Assembly (NCBI GenBank): GCA_021800155.1 | Contig: JAJYZG010000001.1 | Span: forward strand, 9,583-73,582 | Direction: 5' to 3' | Length of the DNA: 64,000 nucleotides | DNA from: a bacterium | Lineage (GTDB): Bacteria > Patescibacteriota > Saccharimonadia > Saccharimonadales > UBA4665 | In this document: positions 22,134 through 32,490 of the stretch, piece after piece | How positions within the stretch are numbered: position 1 is the stretch's first letter | Layout: the number at the start of each line of letters is the position of its first letter | Notes under the pieces: generated by a model | Database searches by the model: none | What the model was told of the DNA's origin: nothing | Seen by the model: only the letters and a program-made list of their open reading frames with translations | Position numbers and translations under genes: made by a program

Positions 22134-22732
22134 TGCCTTCAGCTAAAGTTCAAACTAAACCGACAACTATATACCGACCGCGTTTACAGTCTCTCTATAT
22201 GGATAAAATTCGTTACGACTTAATGCGTCAGCTAAATCTGGATAATATAAACCAGGTGCCGCGGCTAGAAAAAGTAGTAATCAACACCGGGCTTGGAAAC
22301 GCAAAAGATGACAACAAAATAATGCAAACTGCGAATAACACTTTACGAAAAGTTACAGGCCAGCAGCCAGTTCCAACTACCGCAAAAAAGTCAATTGCAA
22401 CCTTTAAATTACGCGAGGGCAATAAAATCGGCCTGAAGGTAACTTTACGGGGCGCTAAAATGTACGAGTTTACCGATCGATTAATTTCAATTGTCTTGCC
22501 AAGGTTACGTGACTTTCATGGCGTTAAGACTATCTCCTTTGACAAGCAAGGCAATTATGCGTTAGGATTAACGGATCAAACTGTATTTCCGGAGTTATCA
22601 TTTGAAGAAACCAACCCGGCTCACGGAATGCAGGTTATTTTTGTGATAAAGGCAGAGGCGATCGAACATGCCCGGGCCTTATTAACTCAACTAGGTATGC
22701 CGTTCGAAAAGGAGAAAAAAACTAATGGCTAA
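22133..22732 (+). CDS. rplE: 50S ribosomal protein L5
   Basis: [20 protein letters not shown]. Confidence 0.98.
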   Translation: MPSAKVQTKPTTIYRPRLQSLYMDKIRYDLMRQLNLDNINQVPRLEKVVINTGLGNAKDDNKIMQTANNTLRKVTGQQPVPTTAKKSIATFKLREGNKIGLKVTLRGAKMYEFTDRLISIVLPRLRDFHGVKTISFDKQGNYALGLTDQTVFPELSFEETNPAHGMQVIFVIKAEAIEHARALLTQLGMPFEKEKKTNG

Positions 22733-22994
22733 GAAATCAATTATAGCCCGTAATGAAAAGCGCAAAGCGATGATAGAACGCTATGCTGCTAAAAGGGCTG
22801 AACTTAAAGAACTCGGGGATTATGAAGGTTTAGTACGGCTTCCTCGCAACAGTTCCCCGACACGTTATAAGAACCGGTGCGTGGAATCCAAACGCTCACG
22901 TGGATATATGCGACAATTTGGATTAAGCAGGATTAGTTTTCGTGAACACGCCAGCCGCGGCGAAATACCCGGTGTAACGAAGTCGAGCTGGTAA
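22725..22994 (+). CDS. rpsN: 30S ribosomal protein S14, Zn-independent 89-aa type
   Basis: [28 protein letters not shown]; single Cys. Confidence 0.98.
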   Translation: MAKKSIIARNEKRKAMIERYAAKRAELKELGDYEGLVRLPRNSSPTRYKNRCVESKRSRGYMRQFGLSRISFREHASRGEIPGVTKSSW

Positions 22995-23010
22995 GAATGG
23001 TTTTTAAACA

Positions 23011-23412
23011 ATGAGTCAAGTATCCACTGATCCGATCGCTGACATGCTGACCCGTATTCGAAATGCAATACGAGTCAACCAGTCTGAAATTAGTCTTCCA
23101 TACTCGAAAATTAAGTACGACTTGGCGACAATCTTATTGGAGTCTGATTTCATCGCCGAAATCCATGTTGAGGGAGAAGGTACGAACAAAAGATTGCAAC
23201 TCCTACTGGCAAAGAAAGGACGCAACTCACTTATCACCGAAATTCAGCGGTTAAGTAAGCCTGGCCGCCGATCCTATACCAAAGCCAAAGAAATTCCAGT
23301 AATCAAGAATGGACGCGGCATTGTCATAATCTCGACCAGTCGAGGCATTATGGCCGGAGGAAAAGCTAAACAGGAACAAATTGGTGGCGAGTTAATTTGT
23401 AGGGTTTATTAA
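23011..23412 (+). CDS. rpsH: 30S ribosomal protein S8
   Basis: DPIADMLTRIRNA, SKPGRR, GGELIC. Confidence 0.99.
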   Translation: MSQVSTDPIADMLTRIRNAIRVNQSEISLPYSKIKYDLATILLESDFIAEIHVEGEGTNKRLQLLLAKKGRNSLITEIQRLSKPGRRSYTKAKEIPVIKNGRGIVIISTSRGIMAGGKAKQEQIGGELICRVY

Positions 23413-23414
23413 TT

Positions 23415-23954
23415 ATGAGCAGAGTAGGAAAACAGCCAATAACCATTCCTCAAAGTGTCAGTATTAGTGTTAAGGACAGGCAGCTGGAAGTAATCGGCGC
23501 TAAAGGTCGTTTAGTTCGGCCGGTGTTAAAAGGCTTATCAATCGACCAGCATGATAACCAAGTTTTAGTATCACGCGACAGTAACGAAGCTGCGGTAAGG
23601 AGTAATCACGGGTTAATGCGAACACTCATAGCTAATATGGTTGATGGCGTCAGCCAAGGATACAGCAAAAAACTCGAGGTTAACGGAGTCGGATACCGGG
23701 TGTCGATGCAGGGAAATACGTTAAAATTCAACTTGGGCTTTTCACACGATATAGAATTTGCACTGCCAGACGGGGTATCGGCTATTGTCGAACAAAACGT
23801 CATTACCATTAATGGCATAGACAAGCAACAAATCGGGCAAGTAGCCAGTAAAATTAGAGAATTACGTAAACCGGAACCTTATAAAGGTAAGGGTATCCGG
23901 TATTATGATGAGCATATAATCCGTAAAAGCGGAAAAAGTGGTAAGGAAAAATAA
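23415..23954 (+). CDS. rplF: 50S ribosomal protein L6
   Basis: MSRVGK, GVGYR, PEPYKGKGIRY. Confidence 0.99.
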   Translation: MSRVGKQPITIPQSVSISVKDRQLEVIGAKGRLVRPVLKGLSIDQHDNQVLVSRDSNEAAVRSNHGLMRTLIANMVDGVSQGYSKKLEVNGVGYRVSMQGNTLKFNLGFSHDIEFALPDGVSAIVEQNVITINGIDKQQIGQVASKIRELRKPEPYKGKGIRYYDEHIIRKSGKSGKEK

Positions 23955-24307
23955 TGGATCGTTTATTGCATAAAGTTAAGAATTCCCAATTACGGACAGC
24001 CCGCGTGCGATCTAAAATTCATGGCAGTAAAGATAAACCTAGACTGAGCGTGCATATATCATTGAAGCATGTGATCGCACAGCTAATTGATGACGATAGC
24101 CATACAACTTTGGTATACGTATCGTCTATCGATAGTAAAAATGTGACAACAATGACCGATAAGGCCGTGAAAGTCGGACAAACGCTAGCCAAAAATGCTC
24201 AAAAAATTGGGATTAAACATGTAGTAATGGATCGAGGCGGCAAACTGTACCACGGACGTATCAAGGCACTGGCGGATGCTGCGCGAGAACAAGGACTGGA
24301 GTTTTAG
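23954..24307 (+). CDS. rplR: 50S ribosomal protein L18
   Basis: PRLSV, DRGGKLYHGRIKALADAARE. Confidence 0.98.
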   Translation: MDRLLHKVKNSQLRTARVRSKIHGSKDKPRLSVHISLKHVIAQLIDDDSHTTLVYVSSIDSKNVTTMTDKAVKVGQTLAKNAQKIGIKHVVMDRGGKLYHGRIKALADAAREQGLEF

Positions 24308-24309
24308 TT

Positions 24310-24876
24310 ATGGCAAACAACGGGACAACCAGACCAAGACGTGGTGAAGTTGAGGGTGAAAAACAATATGATGAACGCACGTTGCACATAGATAGGGTAG
24401 CACGTGTCGTAAAAGGCGGTCGCCGATTCCGTTTTCGTGCACTTATAGCTGTTGGTGATCATAAAGCGAATGTCGGCATAGGCATTGCCAAGGGATCTGA
24501 TGTCACAGCAGCTGTTACTAAGGCTAGTGAAGTTGCCAAAAAGAATATAATTAAAGTTCCACTGTACAGAGGCACAATCCCGCACGAGAGTCAGGCAAAG
24601 GTTGGTGGCGCCAACATTCTACTTAAACCAGCCTCGCCAGGTACAGGTTTAATTGCTGGCGGCGTGGTCAGGAGCATTTTGGAAGTGGCAGGTATTAGTA
24701 ATGTTCTCAGCAAGTCACTTGGTTCATCCAATAAGGCCAATACGGCCTACGCAACAATTGCGGCGCTTGCACAACTTAAGCCGGCGAAAGACTGGGTTAC
24801 GCAGAAAAAAGCCATAAAACAGAATAAAACAGTTAGAGGCAACACTAAGAAAGTTAGTAATAGGCAGAATCAATGA
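24310..24876 (+). CDS. rpsE: 30S ribosomal protein S5
   Basis: RVVKGGRRFRF, PGTGLIAGG, SLGSSN. Confidence 0.99.
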   Translation: MANNGTTRPRRGEVEGEKQYDERTLHIDRVARVVKGGRRFRFRALIAVGDHKANVGIGIAKGSDVTAAVTKASEVAKKNIIKVPLYRGTIPHESQAKVGGANILLKPASPGTGLIAGGVVRSILEVAGISNVLSKSLGSSNKANTAYATIAALAQLKPAKDWVTQKKAIKQNKTVRGNTKKVSNRQNQ

Positions 24877-25346
24877 AATACAATGAGCTAACAATTAAAA
24901 AACATAAGTCAGCAAGGCGCGTAGGCAGAGGTATTGCTGCCGGTCAAGGTAAAACCGCAGGCAGAGGTACGAAAGGCCAGAAAGCCAGGGCGGGATGGAG
25001 TTTACGTGCAGGTTTCGCAGGCGGTCAAAACCCGCTCATGCAGCAACTACCCAAACTACCAGGCTTCAAGAGCTATAGATATAAGACGGTTAATGTATTT
25101 ACGGATCAGCTGCAGGCGCTAAAGGAAAACACGATTGATTCTGAGGTATTAACGAGAGCCGGGCTAATTAGCAACCCATACCTAAGGATTAAGCTCTTAA
25201 ACCGTGGTCAATTTAGCAAAAAGATAGTGGTTAAATTACCGGCAGCATCGGCTGCGGCAATCGCAACCATCGAGACCGCCGGTGGCACTTTTGAAAAAGT
25301 CGAGCGTACCGCTAGAACTGTGAAACTTAAAGGCGAATCCAAATAA
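24873..25346 (+). CDS. rplO: 50S ribosomal protein L15
   Basis: RVGRGIAAGQGKTAGRGTKGQKAR; directly follows rpsE, no rpmD. Confidence 0.98.
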   Translation: MKYNELTIKKHKSARRVGRGIAAGQGKTAGRGTKGQKARAGWSLRAGFAGGQNPLMQQLPKLPGFKSYRYKTVNVFTDQLQALKENTIDSEVLTRAGLISNPYLRIKLLNRGQFSKKIVVKLPAASAAAIATIETAGGTFEKVERTARTVKLKGESK

Positions 25347-25436
25347 GATGCAGGAGTCTTTAGATTTTGATTGGGTTCTGCCATACTAATCTAAAGCGTA
25401 AAATTTCTATATAGAGGGACTTTACTTGGGGCTTTA

Positions 25437-26945
25437 ATGAACTGGAAAATAATCTGGCAGTCACTAAAACATCGGGATATGCAAAAACGGATACTTGCCG
25501 TGCTCGGTATTATTATAGTTTTCCGGATCCTGATCAATATACCAGTGCCTCTAGGTTCAGCGCAAAACCTTCATCAGGTATTAAACAACCTGTTTAACTC
25601 TAAAAATGCACCACAGTTCTTGAGTTTTCTTAATGTTTTGTCCGGAGGAGCGTTTGCTAGTTTTTCAATTATGCTGGCTGGAATGGGCCCGTACATTAAC
25701 GCCTCGATCATAATGCAGTTGTTGACAAAAGCTATTCCAAAGCTTGAAGAGCTACACAAAGAGGGAGAGTTTGGACAGAAGAAAATTAACCAATATACCC
25801 GAATCCTGACTTTTCCGTTAGCTATAGTGCAATCCATAGGCTCAATTTTTTTGATACGCACTGCTGCACAAAGTATAGGCGGGACTGGTAGTTTCTTAAA
25901 CCATACGTCATTATTGCAATGGGTTATCATGGTCGGTGCACTGACCGGCGGTTCCATGCTATTAATGTGGCTGGGCGAAATTATAACCGAGCAAGGGATC
26001 GGAAACGGAATATCGCTTATTATAACAGTAGGAATTGTAAGCCGCTTACCATCAAATATTTATGACATTGTCAATTCAGAATTAGGTACTAAAGACCGCT
26101 GGCGCTTATTCGGAAAAACGTTGCCAATGGATAACCGGGCCTTCTATTATTTGGCAGGTATTGTGTTAGGAACTATTGTATTAACCTGGATTGTAGTGAA
26201 GCTAAATGAAGCTGCACGTAATTTAACGGTTAATTATGCTAAACGTGTCCAGGGCAATCGGGCATACGGAGGTGTTACCACGACGCTCCCGGTCAAGCTT
26301 ATAACCGCCGGTGTGATACCTATAATCTTTGCAGTCGCATTCTTGAGCGTACCGAGTTTTGCCGGAAAATTATTAGAAAGTTCAAAGAGTCATCTATTAT
26401 CAACCATTGGGACAGATATGATTAACTGGTTTCAGACGCCATCTTCAACTACGTTTGCTACTGAACATTGGCAAGCTTATATCTATCCGGTAACGTATTT
26501 TGTACTTGTATTCGCATTTACGTACTTCTATACGAGTATAACGTTTAACTCAAAAGAAATTGCCGAGAATTTGCAAAAACAAGGAGGTTTTATCGAAGGT
26601 GTCAGAAGCGGCAAACAAACAGAAACATTTTTATCTAAAATTGTTAACCGGCTAACGCTATTTGGTGCAACCAGTTTAGGCATTCTCGCGCTTATTCCGA
26701 TAATCGCTCAAATTTTTATAAATCAGAATATTACCATCGGAGGAACGTCAATCCTGATTTTGGTATCCGTTGCGCTGCAAACGCTTAGAGCCGTTGAGTC
26801 ACGCGCCCTAATGGTAACCTACGACCAGTATAGCCAACCAGACTTTTTCTATGAGCCAGAAGTGCCACTAGATGCGGCAACCGGTGCAAGACGGCTTAAA
26901 TTCTTGCCCCGGCCTAATCTAAAAGGTAAGCGCAATAACGAATAA
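25437..26945 (+). CDS. secY: Preprotein translocase subunit SecY
   Basis: PYINASIIMQLL, WLGEIITEQGIGNGISL, AGVIPIIFA, GGTSILI. Confidence 0.99.
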   Translation: MNWKIIWQSLKHRDMQKRILAVLGIIIVFRILINIPVPLGSAQNLHQVLNNLFNSKNAPQFLSFLNVLSGGAFASFSIMLAGMGPYINASIIMQLLTKAIPKLEELHKEGEFGQKKINQYTRILTFPLAIVQSIGSIFLIRTAAQSIGGTGSFLNHTSLLQWVIMVGALTGGSMLLMWLGEIITEQGIGNGISLIITVGIVSRLPSNIYDIVNSELGTKDRWRLFGKTLPMDNRAFYYLAGIVLGTIVLTWIVVKLNEAARNLTVNYAKRVQGNRAYGGVTTTLPVKLITAGVIPIIFAVAFLSVPSFAGKLLESSKSHLLSTIGTDMINWFQTPSSTTFATEHWQAYIYPVTYFVLVFAFTYFYTSITFNSKEIAENLQKQGGFIEGVRSGKQTETFLSKIVNRLTLFGATSLGILALIPIIAQIFINQNITIGGTSILILVSVALQTLRAVESRALMVTYDQYSQPDFFYEPEVPLDAATGARRLKFLPRPNLKGKRNNE

Positions 26946-27043
26946 ACGTTGTTTGGCTAAATTGTAAATATTCGTGTTACAATAATATTTAAGATAGAGC
27001 GGCAGTGAGAACCGTACCGCATTATGAAAATAGTGGAAAACTC

Positions 27044-27072
27044 TTTACAAAATCGCTGCCACTAGATATAAT
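27044..27072 (+). promoter_or_regulatory. Promoter of infA-rpmJ-alpha cluster
   Basis: TTTACA-N17-TATAAT. Confidence 0.75.
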
Positions 27073-27090
27073 GGCGCGTTAGTTATAGGT

Positions 27091-27312
27091 ATGGCAGCCA
27101 ACAAGGAAGTAATCGAACTCAGCGGTACTATAGTTGAGACCTTGCCAGGTACTCAATTTAAGGTTGAGCTCGAAAACGGCCATCAAATTATAGCTCACGT
27201 CGCTGGTAAGATGAGAAAGCATTTTATCCGAATCGTACCAGGTGACAGCGTTACGGTCGAGTTGACACCTTACGATCTGACGAAGGGCAGAATCACGTAC
27301 CGCAAATCATAA
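27091..27312 (+). CDS. infA: Translation initiation factor IF-1
   Basis: [27 protein letters not shown]. Confidence 0.99.
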   Translation: MAANKEVIELSGTIVETLPGTQFKVELENGHQIIAHVAGKMRKHFIRIVPGDSVTVELTPYDLTKGRITYRKS

Positions 27313-27359
27313 TTAATTTAATGGGCAGTGTGTCGGGCCTAAGGAGGCATTAGATCCGC

Positions 27360-27476
27360 ATGAAAGTGCGTGCCAGCGTCAAAAAAATTTCTCCAGACGA
27401 CATAATTGTACGTCGTAAGGGCAGAATATATGTAATAAACAAGCGCAAGCCTAGGCACAATCAGAGGCAGGGATAA
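27360..27476 (+). CDS. rpmJ: 50S ribosomal protein L36, Cys-free (missing from ORF track)
   Basis: Hand translation [47 protein letters not shown] upstream. Confidence 0.97.
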   Translation: MKVRASVKKISPDDIIVRRKGRIYVINKRKPRHNQRQG

Positions 27477-27478
27477 AA

Positions 27479-27865
27479 ATGGCGCGAATTTCTGGAGTGA
27501 CTCTACCGAACGAGAAACAAATATGGGTTGCCTTGACGTATATTTACGGTATTGGCCGAAAAACCAGCTACGATATTCTCGACAAAGCACAAGTTAACGC
27601 TACTACCCGAACGAAGAACCTAAACGATGCGGAAATTGCTCGAATCCAGGATGAAATTTCCGCCAACTACACTGTAGAGGGAGAGCTTCAACGAGTTATT
27701 AGTGGAAACATTAAGAGACTTAAGGATATTAAAAGCTATAGAGGATTACGTCATGGTATCAATTTGCCGACTCGCGGTCAGCGAACACGGACCAATGCGC
27801 GAACTCGTCGCGGACATAAGGTTACTGTCGCCGGAACGGCCAAAAAAGTAGCTGCTAAAACTTAG
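27479..27865 (+). CDS. rpsM: 30S ribosomal protein S13
   Basis: LTYIYGIG, YRGLRH, RGQRTRTNARTR. Confidence 0.99.
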   Translation: MARISGVTLPNEKQIWVALTYIYGIGRKTSYDILDKAQVNATTRTKNLNDAEIARIQDEISANYTVEGELQRVISGNIKRLKDIKSYRGLRHGINLPTRGQRTRTNARTRRGHKVTVAGTAKKVAAKT

Positions 27866-27878
27866 GGACTTTAGATAT

Positions 27879-28334
27879 ATGACAGATACTCAACCCGATG
27901 AAATTAAAGATGAGACAGTAAAGCCAGAAGTTGGTGAAGCTACAGAAGAAGTTAATGTTCCGAAACGGCGTAAAAACAAACGCAGCGTGGCTAGCGGTCA
28001 GGCACATATACTTGCAACCTTTAATAACACCATCATTAGTATTAGTGATGCAAACGGTGCCGTACTGAGTTCATCGAGCGCTGGGGCCTGCGGTTTTCGG
28101 GGTAGCAAAAAGGGAACCGCCTACGCTGCTCAGGTTGCAACCGAGCGGGCAGTACAAGCCGCGAAACAACAATATGGCCTAAGTCGAATGAATGTATTTG
28201 TTAAAGGGATCGGCCTAGGACGCGATTCAGCGATTCGCTCGATTGCCCAAGCCGATATCAATGTCGAAACTATAACTGACATAACTGGAGTACCCCATGG
28301 TGGTGTTCGACCCAGGAAAGCGAGACGAGTGTAA
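27879..28334 (+). CDS. rpsK: 30S ribosomal protein S11 with acidic N-terminal extension
   Basis: ATFNNTI, GFRGSKKGTAYAA, PHGGVRP. Confidence 0.98.
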   Translation: MTDTQPDEIKDETVKPEVGEATEEVNVPKRRKNKRSVASGQAHILATFNNTIISISDANGAVLSSSSAGACGFRGSKKGTAYAAQVATERAVQAAKQQYGLSRMNVFVKGIGLGRDSAIRSIAQADINVETITDITGVPHGGVRPRKARRV

Positions 28335-28335
28335 T

Positions 28336-28953
28336 ATGGCTAGAGATCTCGGTTCTATTGTCAAAATGAGTAGGCGTGAAGGCTATGCGCTGCACCCTAA
28401 GGCACATAAAGCACTGGTACGACGCCCCTCACCACCCGGACAACAAACTGTCATGGCTCGTCCGTCGAAACCAAGCCAATATGCCATGCAACTAAGGGAA
28501 AAGCAGAAAGTAAAGCGATTATACGGCTTGTTAGAGCGCCAGTTCAGTAAACTAATGGCTGAGGCTAACCGTAGCCAAGGACAATCAGGCGAAGTATTGC
28601 TACAGCTTCTTGAACTTAGAGCGGATAATGTCGTTTATCGAGGCGGGCTGGCGCCATCTCGTCGAGCCGCAAGACAACTGGTCACTCATGGACATTTTAT
28701 GCTTAACGGACGGCGCGTAGACATACCCTCAATCCGACTTAAGCCTGGCGATAAACTAAATCTACGTGGCCATTCGATTTCAAGTGACTACTACAAACGC
28801 ATTGATGAGACCAGTCCCGCTCCTAGTACCATTCCAAACTGGCTGAAAGTCAATCGTAAAAAGGGCGAAATAATAGTTGCGTCTATTCCGTCAAGAGATG
28901 ACGCCGAGCCGGACATTAATGAACAATTAGTTGTTGAATATTATTCACGTTAA
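28336..28953 (+). CDS. rpsD: 30S ribosomal protein S4, Cys-free
   Basis: MAR...SRREG, QLREKQK, ARQLVTHGH, VVEYYSR; true start taken as ATG 28336. Confidence 0.98.
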   Translation: MARDLGSIVKMSRREGYALHPKAHKALVRRPSPPGQQTVMARPSKPSQYAMQLREKQKVKRLYGLLERQFSKLMAEANRSQGQSGEVLLQLLELRADNVVYRGGLAPSRRAARQLVTHGHFMLNGRRVDIPSIRLKPGDKLNLRGHSISSDYYKRIDETSPAPSTIPNWLKVNRKKGEIIVASIPSRDDAEPDINEQLVVEYYSR

Positions 28954-28977
28954 TCAAGGAGGATAGGGAGTAAGCAC

Positions 28978-29931
28978 ATGTCAAACTTAATTCACACGCC
29001 AGGAGTGGTAAAAGTCGATGATCACGGCGCCAACTCGGTTACATTCACTATCGAACCGCTGCATAGCGGCTACGGAATGACATTGGGTAATTCATTACGG
29101 CGAGTACTATTGTCTAGTATTTCGGGAGCGGTCATTACCGCATTTAAAATAGAAGGTAACACGCACGAATTCTCGACCGTTAAGGGCGTAACAGAAGACG
29201 TCGTCGATATTATGATGAATCTGAAGGGGATTAGGTTTCGTGTTTACGGTGACGAGCAGCAAACACTTCGTTTGGTCAAACAAGGGAAAGGCAGTGTCAC
29301 AGCCAAGGATATTCAGCTAAATGCAGACGTAGAGGTAGTCAATCCCGAGCATCTAATTGCCACCATTGATGACGATAAAGCAAAGCTCATCATCGATATG
29401 ATCGTAGAAGTCGGTCGAGGCTATAGGACAATCGAAGAAGAGTCAACCAAAAAACCTAGCGATATGATTGCATTAGATGCGGTATTTAGTCCAGTTTTGC
29501 GGGTTCGATATAAGGTAGAAAATACTCGTGTTGGCCAGGTTACAGACCTGGATAAGCTGATTTTAACGGTTGACACTGATGGGAGTATCACGCCAACTGA
29601 TGCTTTTGAGGAAGCCGCTGCAATTCTTGTAAACCAGTACACCGCCCTAGCGGGCAAAACTCGAATCGCCGCAAGCCCAGTGTTAGAACATGACAGTCTG
29701 CAAAACGAATCGATAGAAAGCGACATCATCGGAGAAGAACTATCAGCTCTAAACACATCTATTGAGGATCTGAATCTGTCAGCCCGTACCACGAACGCTT
29801 TAATTAATAACGACATACATACGATAAAAGATTTGTTTAGCCTGAATGAAGCTGAGCTTAAAGACCTAAAAGGTTTTGGGAGTAAAGCACTTGACGAAGT
29901 CAAAGAAAAGATGGCAGAGTTAGAACTGTAA
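28978..29931 (+). CDS. rpoA: RNA polymerase alpha subunit
   Basis: GYGMTLGNSLRRVLLSS, HEFS, alpha-CTD LSARTTNAL. Confidence 0.99.
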   Translation: MSNLIHTPGVVKVDDHGANSVTFTIEPLHSGYGMTLGNSLRRVLLSSISGAVITAFKIEGNTHEFSTVKGVTEDVVDIMMNLKGIRFRVYGDEQQTLRLVKQGKGSVTAKDIQLNADVEVVNPEHLIATIDDDKAKLIIDMIVEVGRGYRTIEEESTKKPSDMIALDAVFSPVLRVRYKVENTRVGQVTDLDKLILTVDTDGSITPTDAFEEAAAILVNQYTALAGKTRIAASPVLEHDSLQNESIESDIIGEELSALNTSIEDLNLSARTTNALINNDIHTIKDLFSLNEAELKDLKGFGSKALDEVKEKMAELEL

Positions 29932-29947
29932 AAGGCGAGTAATACAT

Positions 29948-30370
29948 ATGCATCGACATGGATATCAAGGTAGAAAGCTACACCGCGAGAAAGATCAGCG
30001 GCTAGCTTTAATTAAAGGACTGGCTGAGTCATTGATCATCCATAGAAAAATCGAAACGACACTAGCTAAAGCCAAGGAAGTGTTGCCGTATACTGAGCAC
30101 TTAATCACTAAGGCAAAAGTAGGAGACTTACATCATCGTCGTCAGGTCATAGAGGGACTGCAGACACTTACTGCCGCCCACAAATTAGTTGACGAGATCG
30201 CACCTAAGCTCAAGCACCGCTCAAGTGGTTATTTGAGAATTAAAACTTCAGTCCGGCGTCGCGGTGACAATGCACAGCTTGCGACAATCGAATTTGTCGA
30301 TGACTTAGCTGACAAAACCGCTACCACCGTTCAACCTGAAAACGAACGCGTTAATGAACTAGGGGTTTAA
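29948..30370 (+). CDS. rplQ: 50S ribosomal protein L17
   Basis: IETTLAKAKE, SGYLRI, RRGDNA. Confidence 0.98.
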   Translation: MHRHGYQGRKLHREKDQRLALIKGLAESLIIHRKIETTLAKAKEVLPYTEHLITKAKVGDLHHRRQVIEGLQTLTAAHKLVDEIAPKLKHRSSGYLRIKTSVRRRGDNAQLATIEFVDDLADKTATTVQPENERVNELGV

Positions 30371-30372
30371 AC

Positions 30373-30831
30373 ATGATTGCGAGAAAAACATATTCCGTGA
30401 AACCAGCAGAAATAGATCGCAAGTGGTACTTAATTGACGCCAGTAGTACTAATTTGGGTCAAGTTGCAACATCCGCAGCCAATCTATTAAGCGGTAAAGG
30501 CAAGCCACAATTTAGCCGTCACATTGACTGTGGCGATTTTGTAGTAGTTATTAGTGCAGCCAGCCTTAAGGTTAGTGGCAAAAAACTAACAGATAAACAC
30601 TACTATAAGCACAGTGGATATCCCGGTGGACTCAGAACCCGAACACTCGCGGAGCAGCTGCAATTAGACCCTACACAGGTGATTGAGCATGCCGTACGTG
30701 GTATGCTCCCGGACAATAAACTTAGGCAAGGGCGTCTTAGCAGACTTAAGGTATACCCGTCAGAGGATCATCCGCATGTGGCGCAAAAGCCTGAAATGCT
30801 CAATATAACCAAGCGAAAGGTTAATAAGTAA
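30373..30831 (+). CDS. rplM: 50S ribosomal protein L13
   Basis: WYLIDA, DCGDFVVV, HSGYPGG, AVRGMLP. Confidence 0.98.
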   Translation: MIARKTYSVKPAEIDRKWYLIDASSTNLGQVATSAANLLSGKGKPQFSRHIDCGDFVVVISAASLKVSGKKLTDKHYYKHSGYPGGLRTRTLAEQLQLDPTQVIEHAVRGMLPDNKLRQGRLSRLKVYPSEDHPHVAQKPEMLNITKRKVNK

Positions 30832-31250
30832 TGGCGCAGCTAAAGACCGACACCAGACAGCTACAGTATTACTACTCACTAGGGCGCAGAAAAAGTGCAA
30901 CAGCCAGAGTCAGATTAACTTTAGGGAAAGGTAATATAAGTATAAATGGCAAAACAGCTCAGGAATACTTTGACGGTAGTAAGTATCTACTTAAAAAACT
31001 CAGTGAGCCCTTTTTAGAAGTAGATCAACTCAACAAATATGACGTTATAGCCAAAGTCAGAGGCGGTGGTCATGATGGACAAATTGAAGCAATCCGCTTG
31101 GCGATAGCCAAAGCACTAGTAGTTTTTGATGGGAATTTAAAAGCGACGTTAAAAAAGGCAGATTTGCTGGGTCGTGACCCAAGAGAAAAAGAACGCAAGA
31201 AATTTGGTCTAAGAAGCGCCCGTAAGCAGCGGCAATTCACAAAACGATAA
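30831..31250 (+). CDS. rpsI: 30S ribosomal protein S9
   Basis: GRRKSATARV, RDPREKERKK, QFTKR. Confidence 0.99.
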   Translation: MAQLKTDTRQLQYYYSLGRRKSATARVRLTLGKGNISINGKTAQEYFDGSKYLLKKLSEPFLEVDQLNKYDVIAKVRGGGHDGQIEAIRLAIAKALVVFDGNLKATLKKADLLGRDPREKERKKFGLRSARKQRQFTKR

Positions 31251-31287
31251 AATAGGCTATTTTGTTGTTATACTAGCGATAACAAGT

Positions 31288-32490
31288 ATGGAAAAACCGG
31301 TAATACTAACTGGCGTAAGATCAAATGCTGAACCGACGCTTGGAAATCTGCTTGGCGTAATTTTACCAATGGTACGTTTACAGCGAAAACACGCCAAAGA
31401 CTACAACATTAACTTTTTTGTACCGGATTTGCACAGCATTACCACGCACACAGATTATGTATCACTCTATAAAAACACGATAAATAACGTAAAATTAATT
31501 GTCGCCGCCGGTTTGGACATCAACGATCCGCAGATGTTAGTTTATCGGCAAAGCTATATTCCCGCTCATTCAGAAATGGCCTGGATTCTAGAATGCTTCG
31601 CTTATTATGGTGAGCTTAACCGCATGACCCAGTTTAAAGACAAGGTAGAGCGGATTGACTTTCGAGAGGAGCTAAATCTCAGCCTGAACAATTATCTGCA
31701 AATGCAACGCAAATTTGGTGAAAATTATACGAAACACGAATATATTGACTTTTTGGCCATGCATTTTGCTGGATTAAAGTCATTAGTCGAGCGACAGGAG
31801 AAGGAAGCCACGGTCGGTTTATTTAACTACCCGATATTAATGGCATCAGACATTCTTCTCTATGGTGCTAAGTACGTTCCGGTAGGAGAGGATCAACGAC
31901 AACATCTAGAATTGGCGCGTGACATAGCTATAAGGATGAACCGGGATTTTGGAAATCTATTTACAGTACCAGAACCGTGGGAGAAATTAACACAATTTGT
32001 AGCAGGTATATCTGGGGTACGGATTCGAAGTTTAAAACACCCCCAATTTAAGATGAGTAAAAGCGTCAGCGACCCTGCTGGCACAATTTTGTTGTCGGAT
32101 ACCCCCGAGCAAGCAAAAAGCAAGGTTTTAGATGCCACAACTGACTCAATCGGGCGAATAAACTACGATTTTAAAAACCAGTCCGGCGTTAGCAACTTAC
32201 TGCAAATTATTGGCATTCTCGAGAATAAAACCATCGAGGGTGTATTGAAGGATTGGCAAGAACAAACCAGCTATGTAAAGCTTAAACGAGCAGCCGGTGA
32301 CTTAGTCGCACAGTTTTTATCAGATATACAAAAAAATCTAAGATCAATATCTGATCAGGATATTATAGATAAACTCAGTCATGATGAGCCTATTGCGGCT
32401 CTTAAGGCCAATGCTACGTTATTAAACGTACAACGCGCAGTAGGATTGCGACCTATAATTAACGATTATCCAAGCGATGCCAGAAATTAG
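31288..32490 (+). CDS. trpS: Tryptophan--tRNA ligase with internal insertion
   Basis: TLGN (HIGH-type), RMTQFKDK, VPVGEDQRQHLE, KMSKS. Confidence 0.97.
   Translation: MEKPVILTGVRSNAEPTLGNLLGVILPMVRLQRKHAKDYNINFFVPDLHSITTHTDYVSLYKNTINNVKLIVAAGLDINDPQMLVYRQSYIPAHSEMAWILECFAYYGELNRMTQFKDKVERIDFREELNLSLNNYLQMQRKFGENYTKHEYIDFLAMHFAGLKSLVERQEKEATVGLFNYPILMASDILLYGAKYVPVGEDQRQHLELARDIAIRMNRDFGNLFTVPEPWEKLTQFVAGISGVRIRSLKHPQFKMSKSVSDPAGTILLSDTPEQAKSKVLDATTDSIGRINYDFKNQSGVSNLLQIIGILENKTIEGVLKDWQEQTSYVKLKRAAGDLVAQFLSDIQKNLRSISDQDIIDKLSHDEPIAALKANATLLNVQRAVGLRPIINDYPSDARN

Noticed and set aside
31645..31810. Intein or intron in trpS
   Set aside because: Too short, in frame, and lacks Cys/Ser start and His-Asn end.
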